DNA of 63,868 nt, filler included, from Choristocarpus tenellus KU-1152 (GCA_964200185.2; 11 parts of 11 records of this genome joined end to end with filler, not necessarily neighbours in it), one strand, 5' to 3'. Positions 13,040 to 26,100 are shown, counted from the whole stretch's first letter. Numbers and translations are program-made. Notes: a model not told the origin generated them from the sequence alone.

Positions 13040-13295
13040 ATTTTCGCCATACTTTATTGTTCGACAAAGTATGGCAAAAAGTGCGACTGTCCACATACCA
13101 ACTTATTTGAAGCCACACGCATCATGTCATTTTTGCCGTACTTCGTCATACAACAAAGTGTGGCGAAAGTTGCGGCGGTTCATATGCCAACTTTTTTTAG
13201 GCTACACGCCTCATGCCATTTTTGCCATACTTTTCCGTACGACAAAGTATGGCAAAAGTTGCGACTGTCCTCATACTAACCTCTTTGAAGCCGCT
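13040..13295. repeat. Three tandem units of about 90 bp, each with a hairpin
   Basis: TTTGCCATACTTT-(about 10 nt)-AAAGTATGGCAAA variants at about 13041, 13132 and 13221. Confidence 0.85.
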
Positions 13296-13899
13296 CGCCT
13301 CCAAACCATAGTTGTTCTCGACTTACCACTAAACTCAATCGCGAACTCATATCCCCCACAGAGAAAGGGGCGCATACGATGGTATGCGCGTGTGGAGATA
13401 CGTCCTAACCGACATCACATGAAACGTTCAGTATCCCTTACACCACAAAACCCATCATACACATTACTTTACCGTTCGACAGAACATGTCAATTGTAGTA
13501 CATACAGTGCGCCAATAGTGTCAGGGGTGACACCCACCATGCACTTGTAACTGTTTCCCAACAAAAATTCAGATGAAAACACACGCTCTACCGTTCGACA
13601 AACTAGCCCCATTCACTTCATCCTACGTGCTTAATGGTACGTTTTCGTAACCTTTTAGATGTGGCTCGCGATTGACCGCATATGCGATGCACACCTTTCA
13701 GGATATTCTAATCGGGGCGGTTTCGGTTCTCGATGTATTAAATGCACCCTTCTCCACAATTTCAAAGTGGGGTATCATCCAACACGGCCGTATTCCGTGG
13801 AACACTTCGTGACCAAATATTGCGCAAGCTCCTTCCACCGAAGAAAGATGCAGTATTATGTATCTTCGCATCATGAAGATACATCGCTAATGTCAAAGG

Positions 13900-16857
13900 G
13901 AAACAAACCCATCCAACTCATATCGTAACCTCCTTTGGATCCCACTCAGGAAACGGGGACTAAAGAGACTGCCCAAGACCAGTGCCGCCCGTTCATGGAA
14001 GAAATCCAAATCGGACCAGATTATGAACCTCTTCTTCTCCATGTTTGTCAACCATGATGGTCCAGAAGAGATGGAAGGAAGCAGCCGCACTTGGAAACAT
14101 TGCCTCTTGGCTGTTGGATGAGAGAAGCAGATTTGCACTGTTGGCGAGCGCTGCCGGTTGTGCTGGCTCGGGAACAACGCGAGTCCACCCCTGATCTCCA
14201 AGTCAAGACATTCCTAGAATGTGTAAAGAAAAATCTTAGCACCGAGCACACCTGCCAGGTATAAAAATCCATCCTCGTCGGCATCGCTCCTGATGTTGAA
14301 ATGAGTCAAATTATCTTAGAGGGTAGAGCCGCGTCCATTTGGGGGTCAAAATCCAATGTTGCGATTTTGTTGTAATTTGGCTATCGTATTTGTTAGGAAG
14401 TATCAATATCTATGCTTCGGAAACAACTTTCATAGTGTATACATTTTACCTACTCCTAAACATTTTGGAGTAGGAAAATGTCATAAAAAAACCCATGGGA
14501 AGCCAAGCCCCAAATGGACAAACAGGGCAAAATTCGCACCCTCTAAGATACTTTCACTCATTGGATAAATCTATGTTTCCTAACCGCCACAGGGTGCCCA
14601 GTCGCATACTGCATTATCCGTGTCCACACACAATGGGTGCTAACCCACCATGTCACTCTCTCCACTCTTCCACGCAACACAGATCGTGCGTTTGCATTCA
14701 CTACATGACCACCGACCTCCAGGTTCAGTGCCTAAGAGAGAACTGTAAAAAAGTACGTACGGGGATGTTCTTTGGCGACGATGGACGACGCACTTGCGCA
14801 TGCACATGCGCATTCTGCGACAAAGGCAAAGGATGCGGATCTGAAGAAGTGGAGGCCGCACTAGAAAGTGGTGCTCACTTAATGGCCTTCCTCTCGTAAG
14901 TTCCTATATGCCAGACCACACCGACGAATGGGCGAAGGTGTGAGCACGACGAGCTTGAATGGTATCCAAATTAATGTAACTGCACTGTAGATACACACCA
15001 AGGTACTCGCCCTCAAACCGTTTCACTACATCCTCTAAAAATGTGGCAGTGACAGCCAGACTCCAATATTGACATTAGATCCGTAACTCAAACCTCGACA
15101 CTGACAACAAAAACCGCTCTTGGACTAATCAAAATAAAAGAGATGCGAGAGGACCATGCTGGAGCCCCTCAGCGAACTGTCCTCTGGCGGTTCCTTGGGC
15201 AGTTTCAAAAAATCTTGTGTCGACGGTACATGCGACAGGTGTGACTGGAAATCTCACCCGATGTGGAAGTGCCCCTGTATGTTGGACTCTCACAGCACAC
15301 GTGTCACATGGAACGAGTTCGTCTACGCATTCACCCTGGTGGTGGAGGCCGACCTGCAACGAAAGACTTGCCCGGAGATAAAGGTGTGGCTTATCGAAAC
15401 ACTCACCAACCATTTAGATTTGGAAGATGAACCTGTCCGATTCCACACTCACGCCGGGTCCAGGACCGATACAGCAACCTACCCTACTAATCGACCATAT
15501 CCCCTTGCTCACATCCAGACCACACCCCCCATGCTGCAATAAATCTCTATGTCCGTTTACACTGCCACACAGGCGCTGTCCTCTAGCCTTGGCATCGCCA
15601 CCCCCAGCAGGACCACCAAAGATGACATGATCCAGATGATCAAGGAAAAATATGCTGAGCTGAGGGCGGACAATCTCATGACGGACGATTTGATTATCAC
15701 TAAGTGCATGGTAGGAGAGTCCGCCCCCGACTTCAGGAGGAACAGGACCGAGGAGAACGATGACGAAGACGCCGCAGGGTCTACGGACAAGCACAGCCGG
15801 AGGCGAAAGGTGAGCAACATTTTCCTTCGACTAATAATTACTGTGTACATTGAATGTGTCACGGCGTATTCGTCAAACAACAAGCAGATACTTCCTCCCT
15901 CAGCACCGGACACAATCGATTACACCACAACAAAGTCTGAATCACCACGACCTATTACCAGCAACAACGCTCGAAACGCGACCACCTGGCCCTTTCGATA
16001 CAGGTGCTGTTCCCAAGGACGGAGGGATTCCCTACACTCCTAAAGGTCATATTTGCAAACTTCGACAAGAGCTTCTTCGTTCATCACAACACCATCATTT
16101 GGCAGGCGCAACAATACAAACACTGCAAATCCCGCCTCCCCAAAGGACATGCCGTCATGTCCATGGACTTCAGCGCCCACCTGAAACACAACCATCAAGA
16201 CTTGACACAACAAGAGTTCTTCAATCTATTCCTTACGGCGCTTCTGACCATTGTCTGGTGGTTGAGGGATTTCAGAGAAGAGGGGAATCTTGGGAAGGGA
16301 AGGGTTTGGGCTCACAGCGTGATAGTGTGCAGTGAAGGCCGAAGCCAAGACAACGAGTTCGTCCAATTCGCCGTGCAGATGTTTGTGAAAGACCACCTAA
16401 TACCTCTGGCCAGTGAATACGAACAGACCCTAGGGGTCCTCCACATCTGGCCCGATGGCTGCGGGAGCCAGTTAAAGAACAGATGGCAGATGTGGTGGGT
16501 TTCTCAGTCCTTAGTGTGGATGGGAATTTCTGTTGTGCACAACTTCTTTGCCTCCTGTCACGGCAAGTTGCTGCATGATGGAGTCGGGGATGTGGTGAAG
16601 TCTGTTGCCAGGAGACTGGAACTACATGGGGTGCGCATACCAGGAACCTCATCCCTAGTGGATTCGATCAAGGCAACCGAGACTCACTACACATTGAGGG
16701 ATCCAACACTGGAGGAAGAATGGCACTACTGCAAAGGTCATAAGGTTCCTCCCGGACAGACAATCTTGACAAAGGTAGACACACTCCACATGACCAGCCC
16801 CCCCCCCCCCACTCAAAAAGTTCGGCGTCTAGTTGCCACTGGCCACAACGACAACAC
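13900..16857 (+). mobile_element. Sola2-like DNA transposon, transposase fragments
   Basis: ORF 16004-16857 has H.....WQ..QY, MDFS....Q...Q, SE...QD, HIWPDGCGSQLKN and HNFFASCHGK..HDGVG..VK, the Sola2-type DDD core. Upstream Cys-rich blocks (VCIH at about 14690; CVDGTCDRC..CP..VTW at about 15215). Interrupted by a MITE at 14303; 5' boundary uncertain. Confidence 0.8.
14303..14559 (+). mobile_element. MITE family A copy
   Basis: GAGTCAAATTATCTTAGAGGGT...ACCCTCTAAGATACTTTCACTC terminal inverted repeats. Confidence 0.9.
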
Positions 16858-17449
16858 NNNNNNNNNNNNNNNNNNNNNNNNNNNNNNNNNNNNNNNNNNN
16901 NTTAATTAATTAANNNNNNNNNNNNNNNNNNNNNNNNNNNNNNNNNNNNNNNNNNNNGTATGTATATGACAGCTCTTCTTACCTAGTCTTAACCCCGTGC
17001 CATTGGGCATTGAGGCCCCTACATCATCTCAAATAGGTGTGTGAACTCACCACTTCAAATAGACTCACCTGACATAGATTATATCCTTTACCGCACAAGT
17101 GGAAATTTCAAGGCATGCCATCCACTTCAAGCTAGAGACACCAGGTCGGCAACCTTAATGTAGCCAGTTTAGGAGCAGTTTCAGCTTATGCATCTTGGTC
17201 GAGTTCTTGCTTTCTCGTTTTTAAATGCACTACAACTAATTCAGGTTCGTGTATCAGAAGGCCTTCACTGTAAACTAGACAGAATCCTCTCAAGTTTGTT
17301 GTATTCTTGGCCATACGCGTTTCGTCTTGTTCCTTACTCTACAGCATCTATAAAATGTCACTGTAGTAGTACTGTAGCACTACAGTAAAATATTTTCGGA
17401 GTACGTCATAGCATAGAGAGGTCAATATAGGTTATTATGCCTAATGATA

Positions 17450-18967
17450 AGGGCCTCATGGCGAGTCCTTCTAACCAGTTGTTTGCGCGAGCCCCATAGT
17501 ACAGGTTTTGGGATCGTCCATCTACACCCTTTCTACAGGTATCCCCTCAGGAGACCTTGTAGAAATCATTGACCAAGACTGAGTAGCCTGGGAGGGAACA
17601 ATATCCCCCGCTCCTGCCCTGGAGGTCCACATCCTGGCAGCTCATGATGCCAGAATCACAGGGAGGGCTCAACATGAGATCACACGCCTTCTGGACAGGA
17701 TCCATTTTGACTCATTTCGGACACAACTAGCCAACCTACAAAGTGAAGTACAACAGGGGAAGGAAAGTTCATCATTAGTCCTAGCAAGTCACCGGAGCCA
17801 GTATGGACAAGGGGCAAATGCATGGACCTCAACGCAACTCCTGGAGCTGGCATGCCAGATCCCCCCTACAGAATTCAAGCTCAACATCAGCTTCCCAGGG
17901 AGGGAAGAAGCCCTGTCAGCAGGTGCCCAGTGACTGGGTGCAGGAGGCAAAATGTCGACACCAGACATGCCAGTGAGTCAAATAATCTTAGGGGTAGAGC
18001 TGCGTCCGTTTGAGGGACAAAATCCAATGGTTCGATTCTGATGTAATTTTGGCTATTGTGTTTTTTAGGAAGTGTCAATATCCTTGTTCCAGACACATAA
18101 TTCGCATTCATAACGTATACATTTTACCTACTCCGAAACACTTCGGAATAGGTAAAATGTCATAAAAAAGACATGGCAAGTCAAGCCCCAACGGACAAAC
18201 AGGACAAATCTCGTACCCTCTAAGATACTTTCACTCTGTACCTGCCCCAGGGCAGGAGGCCAGGTGTGACAACACACCTCCATGGTGAAACGGCTCAGCC
18301 AACACTATGCAAGGGGATGGGCATCCCTTGCACTACGGAGGATGGTAACCCCTTCCCAGTAGACAGGAATTTCCGCATGGATCTAGTCTTTCATGCAGGG
18401 GCCCTTGCAGACGCAGGATCAGTTCCCTACTGGGGCAAAGGCCTTCTACTTGATGATACGTTCGCGGAAGTACAGGCAACCTCCCACCTCTCACACTTAT
18501 CCACCAGCAATGGTGTAGCTGCTGCTGCAGCTGAGACGCGAAAGCGCACCCACTACGAGGGCTCTTTCCACGTTTGTAGTTACAAGCTCAACACCCTTGC
18601 AGTGTGGGCGCCTCGGCAAGCAAGCGGAATGTTTCCTGGATGAGCTAACTACACACGTGTTAGGGGGGAGAGGAATTGGAGGCTACAGCAGAAAAGATGC
18701 CGTCAAATCCTGCCTATGCCAGATAGTCTCAGTCACAATGCTAGTAGCCCTATCTAGACGGGTCATGCATTTTAAGCTGGAGTCACCAGAGAGATGGGCA
18801 AGGAGGGGTTTATTAGATTTGTGGGATGCTTCCCTAGATCCTCACCCTGGGGTCCAGGAATAGATTTAACAACTGTTAATTCTTTAGGGATTTGCAGATA
18901 TGTGAATAGTTTTCATTATTTTTTCCCGTGGCACATCTGGAAAATGTCAGTGGGCATAATAAATAAT
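17450..18967 (+). mobile_element. Restriction-like-endonuclease non-LTR retrotransposon (CRE/NeSL-like), 3' part, degenerate
   Basis: CCHC knuckle CPVTGC...DTRHA|.TC (split by a MITE), then RMDLV...LLLDDT...AAAAAETRKRTHY...LAV.CGRLG..A..FL, a PD-(D/E)XK RLE domain. The 3' UTR ends in ATAATAAATAAT. 5' boundary approximate. Confidence 0.8.
17975..18236 (+). mobile_element. MITE family A copy inserted in the RLE element's zinc knuckle
   Basis: GAGTCAAATAATCTTAGGGGTA...TACCCTCTAAGATACTTTCACTC; the host frame resumes on the other side. Confidence 0.9.
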
Positions 18968-19046
18968 GTGTAGAGATTATTAACTACACGTCTGATCCAT
19001 ACACTACAAGTTTGTGTTTCATTTTGTCAAGATATTGTAAGTGGTT

Positions 19047-19118
19047 GACTCTGTGGCGCAATGGTAGCGCGTCACATTCCAGACCTGAAGGTTGCGAGTT
19101 CGAATCTCGTCAGGGTCA
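19047..19118 (+). tRNA. trnW: tRNA-Trp(CCA), anticodon stem with two mismatches (possible pseudogene)
   Basis: 72-nt cloverleaf: acceptor GACTCTG/CAGGGTC, D arm GCGC/GCGC, loop TTCCAGA, T arm GCGAG-TTCGAAT-CTCGT. A and B boxes intact; TTTT at 19122-19125. Confidence 0.85.
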
Positions 19119-19489
19119 ACATTTTGAATGATACCGTTTTTTCGACACACCTTTTACATCGACCACTGTGGAGAACTAATTTATATCGGCATGAATGCGA
19201 TGTCATCTTCCAACTAAGGTATGCCTTTGAGGCGACCTTCCTTGAGAAGCTATACTTCAAGGTCTGTTGCTTTATATGACATCTACTACATGTACTTGTT
19301 GAAGTAAATATCGAGTGGTTTAAGTGGACCTTACAGACCCAAATCATTCACTTTTGCCTGTTCACTCTTCCCCGAGTGATGGATGTTCTGAGGGAATGCT
19401 CACCCTCAGAAGTGGGATCGAGTTTCACAGGTCTTGGCCCAGTATCCCAATGTAAGTTGAGGAAATTCAGAACAGAACCAAAACCTTAG

Positions 19490-20420
19490 TGCACAACAGA
19501 TGTCACAGAACGACTGAGCAACGTCATAGCAGCAAAACGGTCCAGTCAGAATCAGAATATATCTTTGTTCTGACAGTACTTCTGACTGTTTGGTGAAATC
19601 TGGATCTTGTGGGTGTGTCTGGTTTAGTGGACTGATCGATATGGGCAAGTTCAATGACATGGTTGGCGTGCGCATATGTATATGGCTGCGCGCCATATCA
19701 ACAAAATGTGCGTATGGGAGATCCCAAAAAAGGGACCTGTCCCTGACACACTCACTATTAAAAGGTTACGTTAAGTAATGGAGCGATGAAGCAAAATGTA
19801 GAAATTGGTGTCATTACGCCTTAGAAAGTAGTGTTTATCTGTCAGATTGTATCAACTACCATACGAAGACCTCTCCATTTTGACCCAAACAAGGGCTGAA
19901 TTGACATATTGCTGGCATTAACATGTCCAGAGGGTTTACCCATTTAGAGGAACCCAGTGGTGACCGCCCCCGATTCCGATTCATCCTGTGAGAGGATATT
20001 ATTCAACCGGGTGTACATATCTTCACGGTTGGTAGTGTACATCACATGTAAATATTGTTCTGAATGGTATTCATACTTCGAAGTTGGTTGGTTTGATTGA
20101 TTAGTTATTAGAGCACATAGTAGTACCTTGTACTACAAACTGATGATCTTTTTTAGCCACAGACATAGCGATGACTTTCCCTTCTACCTAGATACGGAAA
20201 TCTTTGAGAGGTCAAGGGTGCTGAAGTATCTGCAGGAGGGAGAATATCCCACTGCAAACAGCATAGTTTGCCAGGGGTTACAATTACACTTGTACTGTGA
20301 CAGTAGTCCATGGACGTGGGGAAAGTTTGATGATATAAGACAAGGTCGGAAAATATGTTCAGGGAACAGAGCAATTCAGTAGGCAATGACGCTTTAGCAG
20401 CTCCTCTGTACAGGCAACAC
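19490..20420 (+). mobile_element. Second degenerate ISL2EU / Harbinger-like transposase remnant
   Basis: HTH_Tnp_4-like 'SESEYIFVLTVL...DLV..SG....I...MTWL', then 'SDC', then 'RHSD...EIFERS..L..L..GE'. Many stops. Confidence 0.4.
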
Positions 20421-20781
20421 TGCGTGTGCTAATACAGAGTTCAGAGCCTATGACACAGATGATACACAAGCATAGTCCTGTACCTGGCTTCTATTGTACA
20501 CAATGAGACATCCAAACCAAATTTCTGCTTGTCTTCCCTTGAAAACTAGAAACTTAAGAGAAAATCCGTAGGTACTATGGTGAATAAAGTTACTAGCAGA
20601 GAGTATATGAGATGGGTTGAGCATTTTCTCGACATTCAATTAAATGGACGAATGCTGACATACTACTGTAGTATGTACATTATCATTGCGCTCACACAAC
20701 TATATGTGCTACAGCTAATAACATTCCTCCTACTTAAACTTTGATGGCATAGGGCGTATCTCAAAGTTGTACATCTATTCG

Positions 20782-20845
20782 GGTTCAAAGTATCTGGGGG
20801 GGGTGGCGGCTGCCCATTTGGGCACCTACTGGATGAGGCACACCC
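20782..20845 (+). mobile_element. MITE family B terminus at contig edge
   Basis: GGTTCAAAGTATCTGGGGGGGGTGGCGGCTGCCCATTTGGG. Similar termini at 7184-7204, 12505-12527 and 44989-45014. Confidence 0.75.
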
Positions 20846-21899
20846 NNNNNNNNNNNNNNNNNNNNNNNNNNNNNNNNNNNNNNNNNNNNTTAATTAATTA
20901 ANNNNNNNNNNNNNNNNNNNNNNNNNNNNNNNNNNNNNNNNNNNNCAGACCAAGGGCCAAACCCAGCATCTGGGCATCTTCACTACCCCCGCCCTCCAGG
21001 ATGCATGTTGACCGATATATAGCTAGCAAGAAGGGGGGCATTATGAACGGCTGGTGGTGACTGTTCTGCTCACCATACACGGACACAGAGAGAAATAAAC
21101 AAACCAGTCACTTTGTGCAAAGTACAGCATCTACCTCCAATACGTCCTCTCCAGCACCCACCAGTCAGGCTCATGGGTAGTGCGTTTCTCAAAACAAGTA
21201 TTTTCTATGTACGTCAGCCATGAAAGAAAACCAGCCACGAAGAGGTTTGCAACATGTACTTCAGGTCAATAACAACAACCAGGCAAGATTAAGGAGAGCC
21301 AGATAGTGACACCAAAATTTCCCAGCCTTCTGCCTTTCTACCAAGCCCGTAAAATAAGATGGCCTCCCACCTTACAAAGGCAACGTTACTTCCCACCAAA
21401 AACAATCCAATAGTCGCATACTTGAAAAAACATCCCCTGACATCTTACCCAGTACCATTCCCGCACAGACCAACATCTGTTTACAATCTCCATCTTCACA
21501 GTCTCTCTCGAGGTTGGTTAAGTTACTTTTCATGCAACATATTTCGTCCACAACAGATCTCGATTCTTTTGTGTGCACATGTCCATTACCACAACAATAA
21601 CAACTAAACAAAACACACGACAAAAGCGTGCCCCACAAGAAATGCATCCACCTCAAAATCACCCATTCATATGAGTTCATAATTCCACTGCCAACCCATA
21701 ACAAAATAAAACACATCTTCCTCTACTGTATCATTAGACCTTCAATCATGTATCACACAATAATGCAACCACTACACACTATAAATTAAATCTCATAGTG
21801 CAACTCAATCATCGCATGTACCACTATTCACCCCTATAATCATCCAAGAGCCAAAGAGTTGTACCCTTCAGCAATCCTCAAACAATTGTCCACAACTCA

Positions 21900-22780
21900 C
21901 TGATGTACTCCATGCCCACTATGAAAACCAGGAGGTGTCCCATCAAGTCAAGAGACAACCCCCAACAAGGATCATGTCCCAAAATAATAATAATAAACAA
22001 GAGGGAGCCATCCTACCACACCATACAAGAGCGCAAGTCTTGTTGGGCCAAGGCAACATACTCTACAACAAGTCAAAGCAATGTTGCTCATATTTCTCAA
22101 CATGTGTTTCAAAAATTCCAATCCCCAAGTCCACTACCAAACCAAAGTGTGTGCTCAGCAGAGATGCTCCTTAAAAGCATGTCTCAGCCAAACAGTAAAC
22201 CTCGGGGTAGTAGCTCCTCCAAATCTGTCTGTGCCTTGCCGTTGTGGATGCAAAAAAAATCAAGGTGTTCTACCTCACTCCAGTTACATCACACACCCAT
22301 CCAATCAACTCCATCCCTTCCCGCATACTAAGTATCCCCCCCCCCCCTCTCTCTCAAGTATCCACCAAAAATCGACAAAAAGACTAAAGAACAATACAGC
22401 CCCTTCCTTCTCCTTTCCCCTAAAGTTTCAACCCCTACACAACACAACACCACCAAAGGCTGTTGTTGAAGGTGGACGAGTGGGGGACTACCGATGATGC
22501 GCAGGGCGCCAGGTCTTACACTCTTACACCAGAACATCTCAAAGCCCACACCTACTCATCAAGAGAACTCAACCCTACAATCTGCCCTGAGGACGAAAAA
22601 AATGTACAAGATGCACAAAACATTACGGGAATAGAAGGAGCGCAGTAACTACCAAGACAGCAGAGATTCTGAAACCCGCTTGGTGGCATTACAGGCATGG
22701 CAAACCCACTCCATAGGGATTTGGAAAGAGGCAGAGGAAAGTGAGTCCAGCTCATTCTCTTATCTCCTCATACACCACAA
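21900..22780 (+). mobile_element. Highly decayed copia-like RT remnant
   Basis: Weak motifs resembling YKARLV.QG (about 22030) and A..M.NP...HW..AKR..SYL (about 22700). Confidence 0.3.
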
Positions 22781-22905
22781 TAGCCAGGGGGGGGGGGGGG
22801 GGGGGGGGGGAAGAAAAAAAAAAAAAAAGAAGGAGACCCAGGGGTTTTTTTTTCCCTTGGGGGGGGNNNNNNNNNNGCGCCGCGGGCCGCGCGCGGCGGG
22901 CGGAA

Positions 22906-22937
<32 letters not shown>

Positions 22938-23181
22938 GGGTGGAAGCAGAAGAAAACAAATGCAGTAGTCCCATGGGTTTGTATCTGCCTTGGTGAGGTG
23001 AGAAGCGCTGCGTTGTTTCCCTTGTGAACATAGAGGCTTATCCTCTCTGCGTCACCCATGCTGCTACGTAACAAAAGTCAACATAACAAAAAAACCCAGG
23101 AATACAACAAAACGACATTGCTCAACGATTCAGAAGAATAAAATATATCAATAACAATCCACAGTTGAATCTCTCTCTTCT

Positions 23182-26100
23182 TCAGCTTGGTGTCCCAAAG
23201 AACGGGGGCTGGGGCAGGGGGGTGCCTGAATCTGATGCCTTCTCATTCCGACGTGACACGTCGGAGAGGGACTCTGAGCTCCCTGCTAGGGGCGATTTAA
23301 GACTGCCCAAGTTGTGTGTGTGTGTATGTGTAGGGGTGAAAAACAAACATGGAGATTTGGTTTTGGTTAGAAAGTTGCTAGCACGGGGTGGCTGATGGGG
23401 AGGAACATGTGTAAACAGTGCCGTTGACAGGATAAAGTTCCAGTTAGTATCATGTGGGAATAAACAAGGGCTTGTCAGGGATCAGTCTGCCATGGTCAAG
23501 CTCCAAGCTACATGTGCCATGTCCTCCAATTGAAATTATGGGTATCTGTCTGCTGATCCCCCTCCCTCACATTCCTTCCCTTTCCTTCCCACTAACCACC
23601 ATGGTTCTTGGAAAGAGCTCTAACGAGGAGCAAAAAATGTCTTTTCCATAACTCTGAACCTGAACTAGTACCAAAAGAGACCAAAAACTATCAATACATA
23701 CTCATGAATCAACCAACCACACTACTAGGCCACCAACAAAAACGGTGACTTCCGATATCCTGTGCTCAGATGCACCAACAATAATAAGACAAAAATAACT
23801 TTAACAAATACACCATGGGATAAAAAAGTCAGTGCCCATGGGGTGTGCTGGGGCTGAAGAGCACAATCAGAGGGCTTACTCAAAGTAGATGCAACTGATT
23901 CCAACAAGAGAAACTCAAGCAGAGGAGGGGGGCTGACTCCTCATGCAGAAACTGCCTTGACAAAACTATTCGAGGTCTTACCCTCCGCATCACAATGATC
24001 CAAACGTACTTCTGAATGGATCCCCTCCACTTCTACCAATACCCAATCAAGGCACACACACTAGATCCTAGAGAATAAAACAAAGCAAGCATTCCTCCCC
24101 CTCCACAATGACCTCTTCTAAGGCAGAGCATAGCCAAAGTAACAATAACCACAACAAACAGACTAACAGACAAAACAACTCCTCCACAACAAACCACATA
24201 CCACCACGAAAATAGAGCCAGTGGGTACATGGGAGGAAAGGGCCACACCTGGAACTGATGCTCAGCATACGGAGTGAAATGGTCTTATCGTTCCTGTTAA
24301 GATGGAGATCATCCAGATAATCTCTTGTAATGTCCCCTGTCACGTACTCTCCACTGCATGAACCATCAACAGTAATAAACACACACACACACACACATGT
24401 GTTATTTGAGACAAAAGTGTTACATCAGTCCATGCGAATGATGTTGAGGGTTCTATTAAAAACTTACTTGCATGCATGCTCATGTGTGTATGTATGTGTA
24501 TGTATGTATGTGTCTTGAACGTCACCGATGTGAGTGAATCGCCACAGTTAATAAACGGAATTAAAAAAAAGAGAGTTCCACTCGATTGATTGGTTGTTAC
24601 AATGCTCATCAGACTACAGCTGGGCGGATCCTCACATTTTCTTAAAGCACTTGAATCTTAGATGCAGATTTTGATTAGAATGCACACATGACAGTTTCGA
24701 GTCAATTATATATATACACTCACCAAAACTTTTGATTCACAGTATCAATATTATAGCCTGCAACTTCTCACATCTTAATCCCCTCTAATTGGAAGGATGG
24801 GGGATGGGGGGGGCAACCACAGGAAGACTCAAAAGGCTCTTACATAGCCATTTTAAAAGTCAACATGATATTTTGCAATCTACTGCAGCGCAGAGCATAC
24901 GGAGGGAGAGGTGGATGGGGAGGTGAGGGTGGGCATTCTAAGAACAATTGTGTGACTCTTTCTTCACTTCAAGTGATAGGACACCTATCCTTTTGCCTCA
25001 TCTACTGCTAGTATCAATATATAGACACGTAGTATCTGGAGAAGACCTACGGCATCACATATTACTAACCCTAACCCTAACTCTGAACACTGCAACAAAA
25101 ACTGAGTGTGAGCAAACATATAGATCATATGATAGAGCAAAAACAATATAAAAATCTTGAAAAAGAAATAATTATGAATATTGAAGACAAATATGATATA
25201 TGTATGTATGTTACAACTCACTTGATACAAATTACCTATCAAATAATACATCATTGCCTATAAATACTGTGAGTACGTATTCCAATTGAGTTATCTAATT
25301 TTTCATTTTTACAATAGTCACTAGGTTTATCTATAATATTTAGTTGTATTTTTTAAACGAAAAATTAAACCATCTTGTTTTAGATGTTGAGAAGCTCATC
25401 TCACAGTATTTACAGGCAATGAACTATTATTTGATAAGTAATTTGCATAAATGAGTGAGCTGTAACGTGTCTATCGTATTTTCCTTTAATATTCATAATT
25501 ATTTCTTTTAAAAGAGCGGACTCTTTCCCTTGAATATAGGAATTGCACTACGTCTTGATGGAATTGTTATTACCAAGTGGTTCAAATTAGATTAACAAAA
25601 AACAATTGAGTCAATATTTTGCTAAAGGAAGTTACGTATTGAAGATAAACTTAGCATATTTAAAATCAATACTATTACTTAAAAAAAAAACAATATTCAA
25701 AAATCCTAGTACTACCTTCAGGTCAGGTAAGAAATCATAGTAAAAACAAAACCGTCATGGGAGGGAAATCCTCATTACCTGAAGCAGGAGGAATCAAAGC
25801 GCATGATGGCTGGATTCACCTCCTGCACTGCCTCCACAAGATCACCCAACTCCTGATACAGCACCCAGTCCGCCCCTGTTTTTTCTGCGACCTATGTATG
25901 GCATCCACACCAAAGACCAAACAAACACAATCAATACCCAATAGCTTCAATACAGTATTGCATCTTAGGGTTAGGGTTAACATCGTTGCATCTTACTGGC
26001 AAACACGACAAAACAAACTGCCAGAAATATTCCCACAATTAAAAAAAAAATTACCCACAAAATATTAAAAAAAATTTTGTTGGTTTCAAAATTAAAAAAG

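Noticed and set aside
22786-22940. Poly-G / Gly-Pro ORFs here and at 26352-26551
   Set aside because: Homopolymer-rich, low-quality sequence flanking 10-N scaffold gaps.
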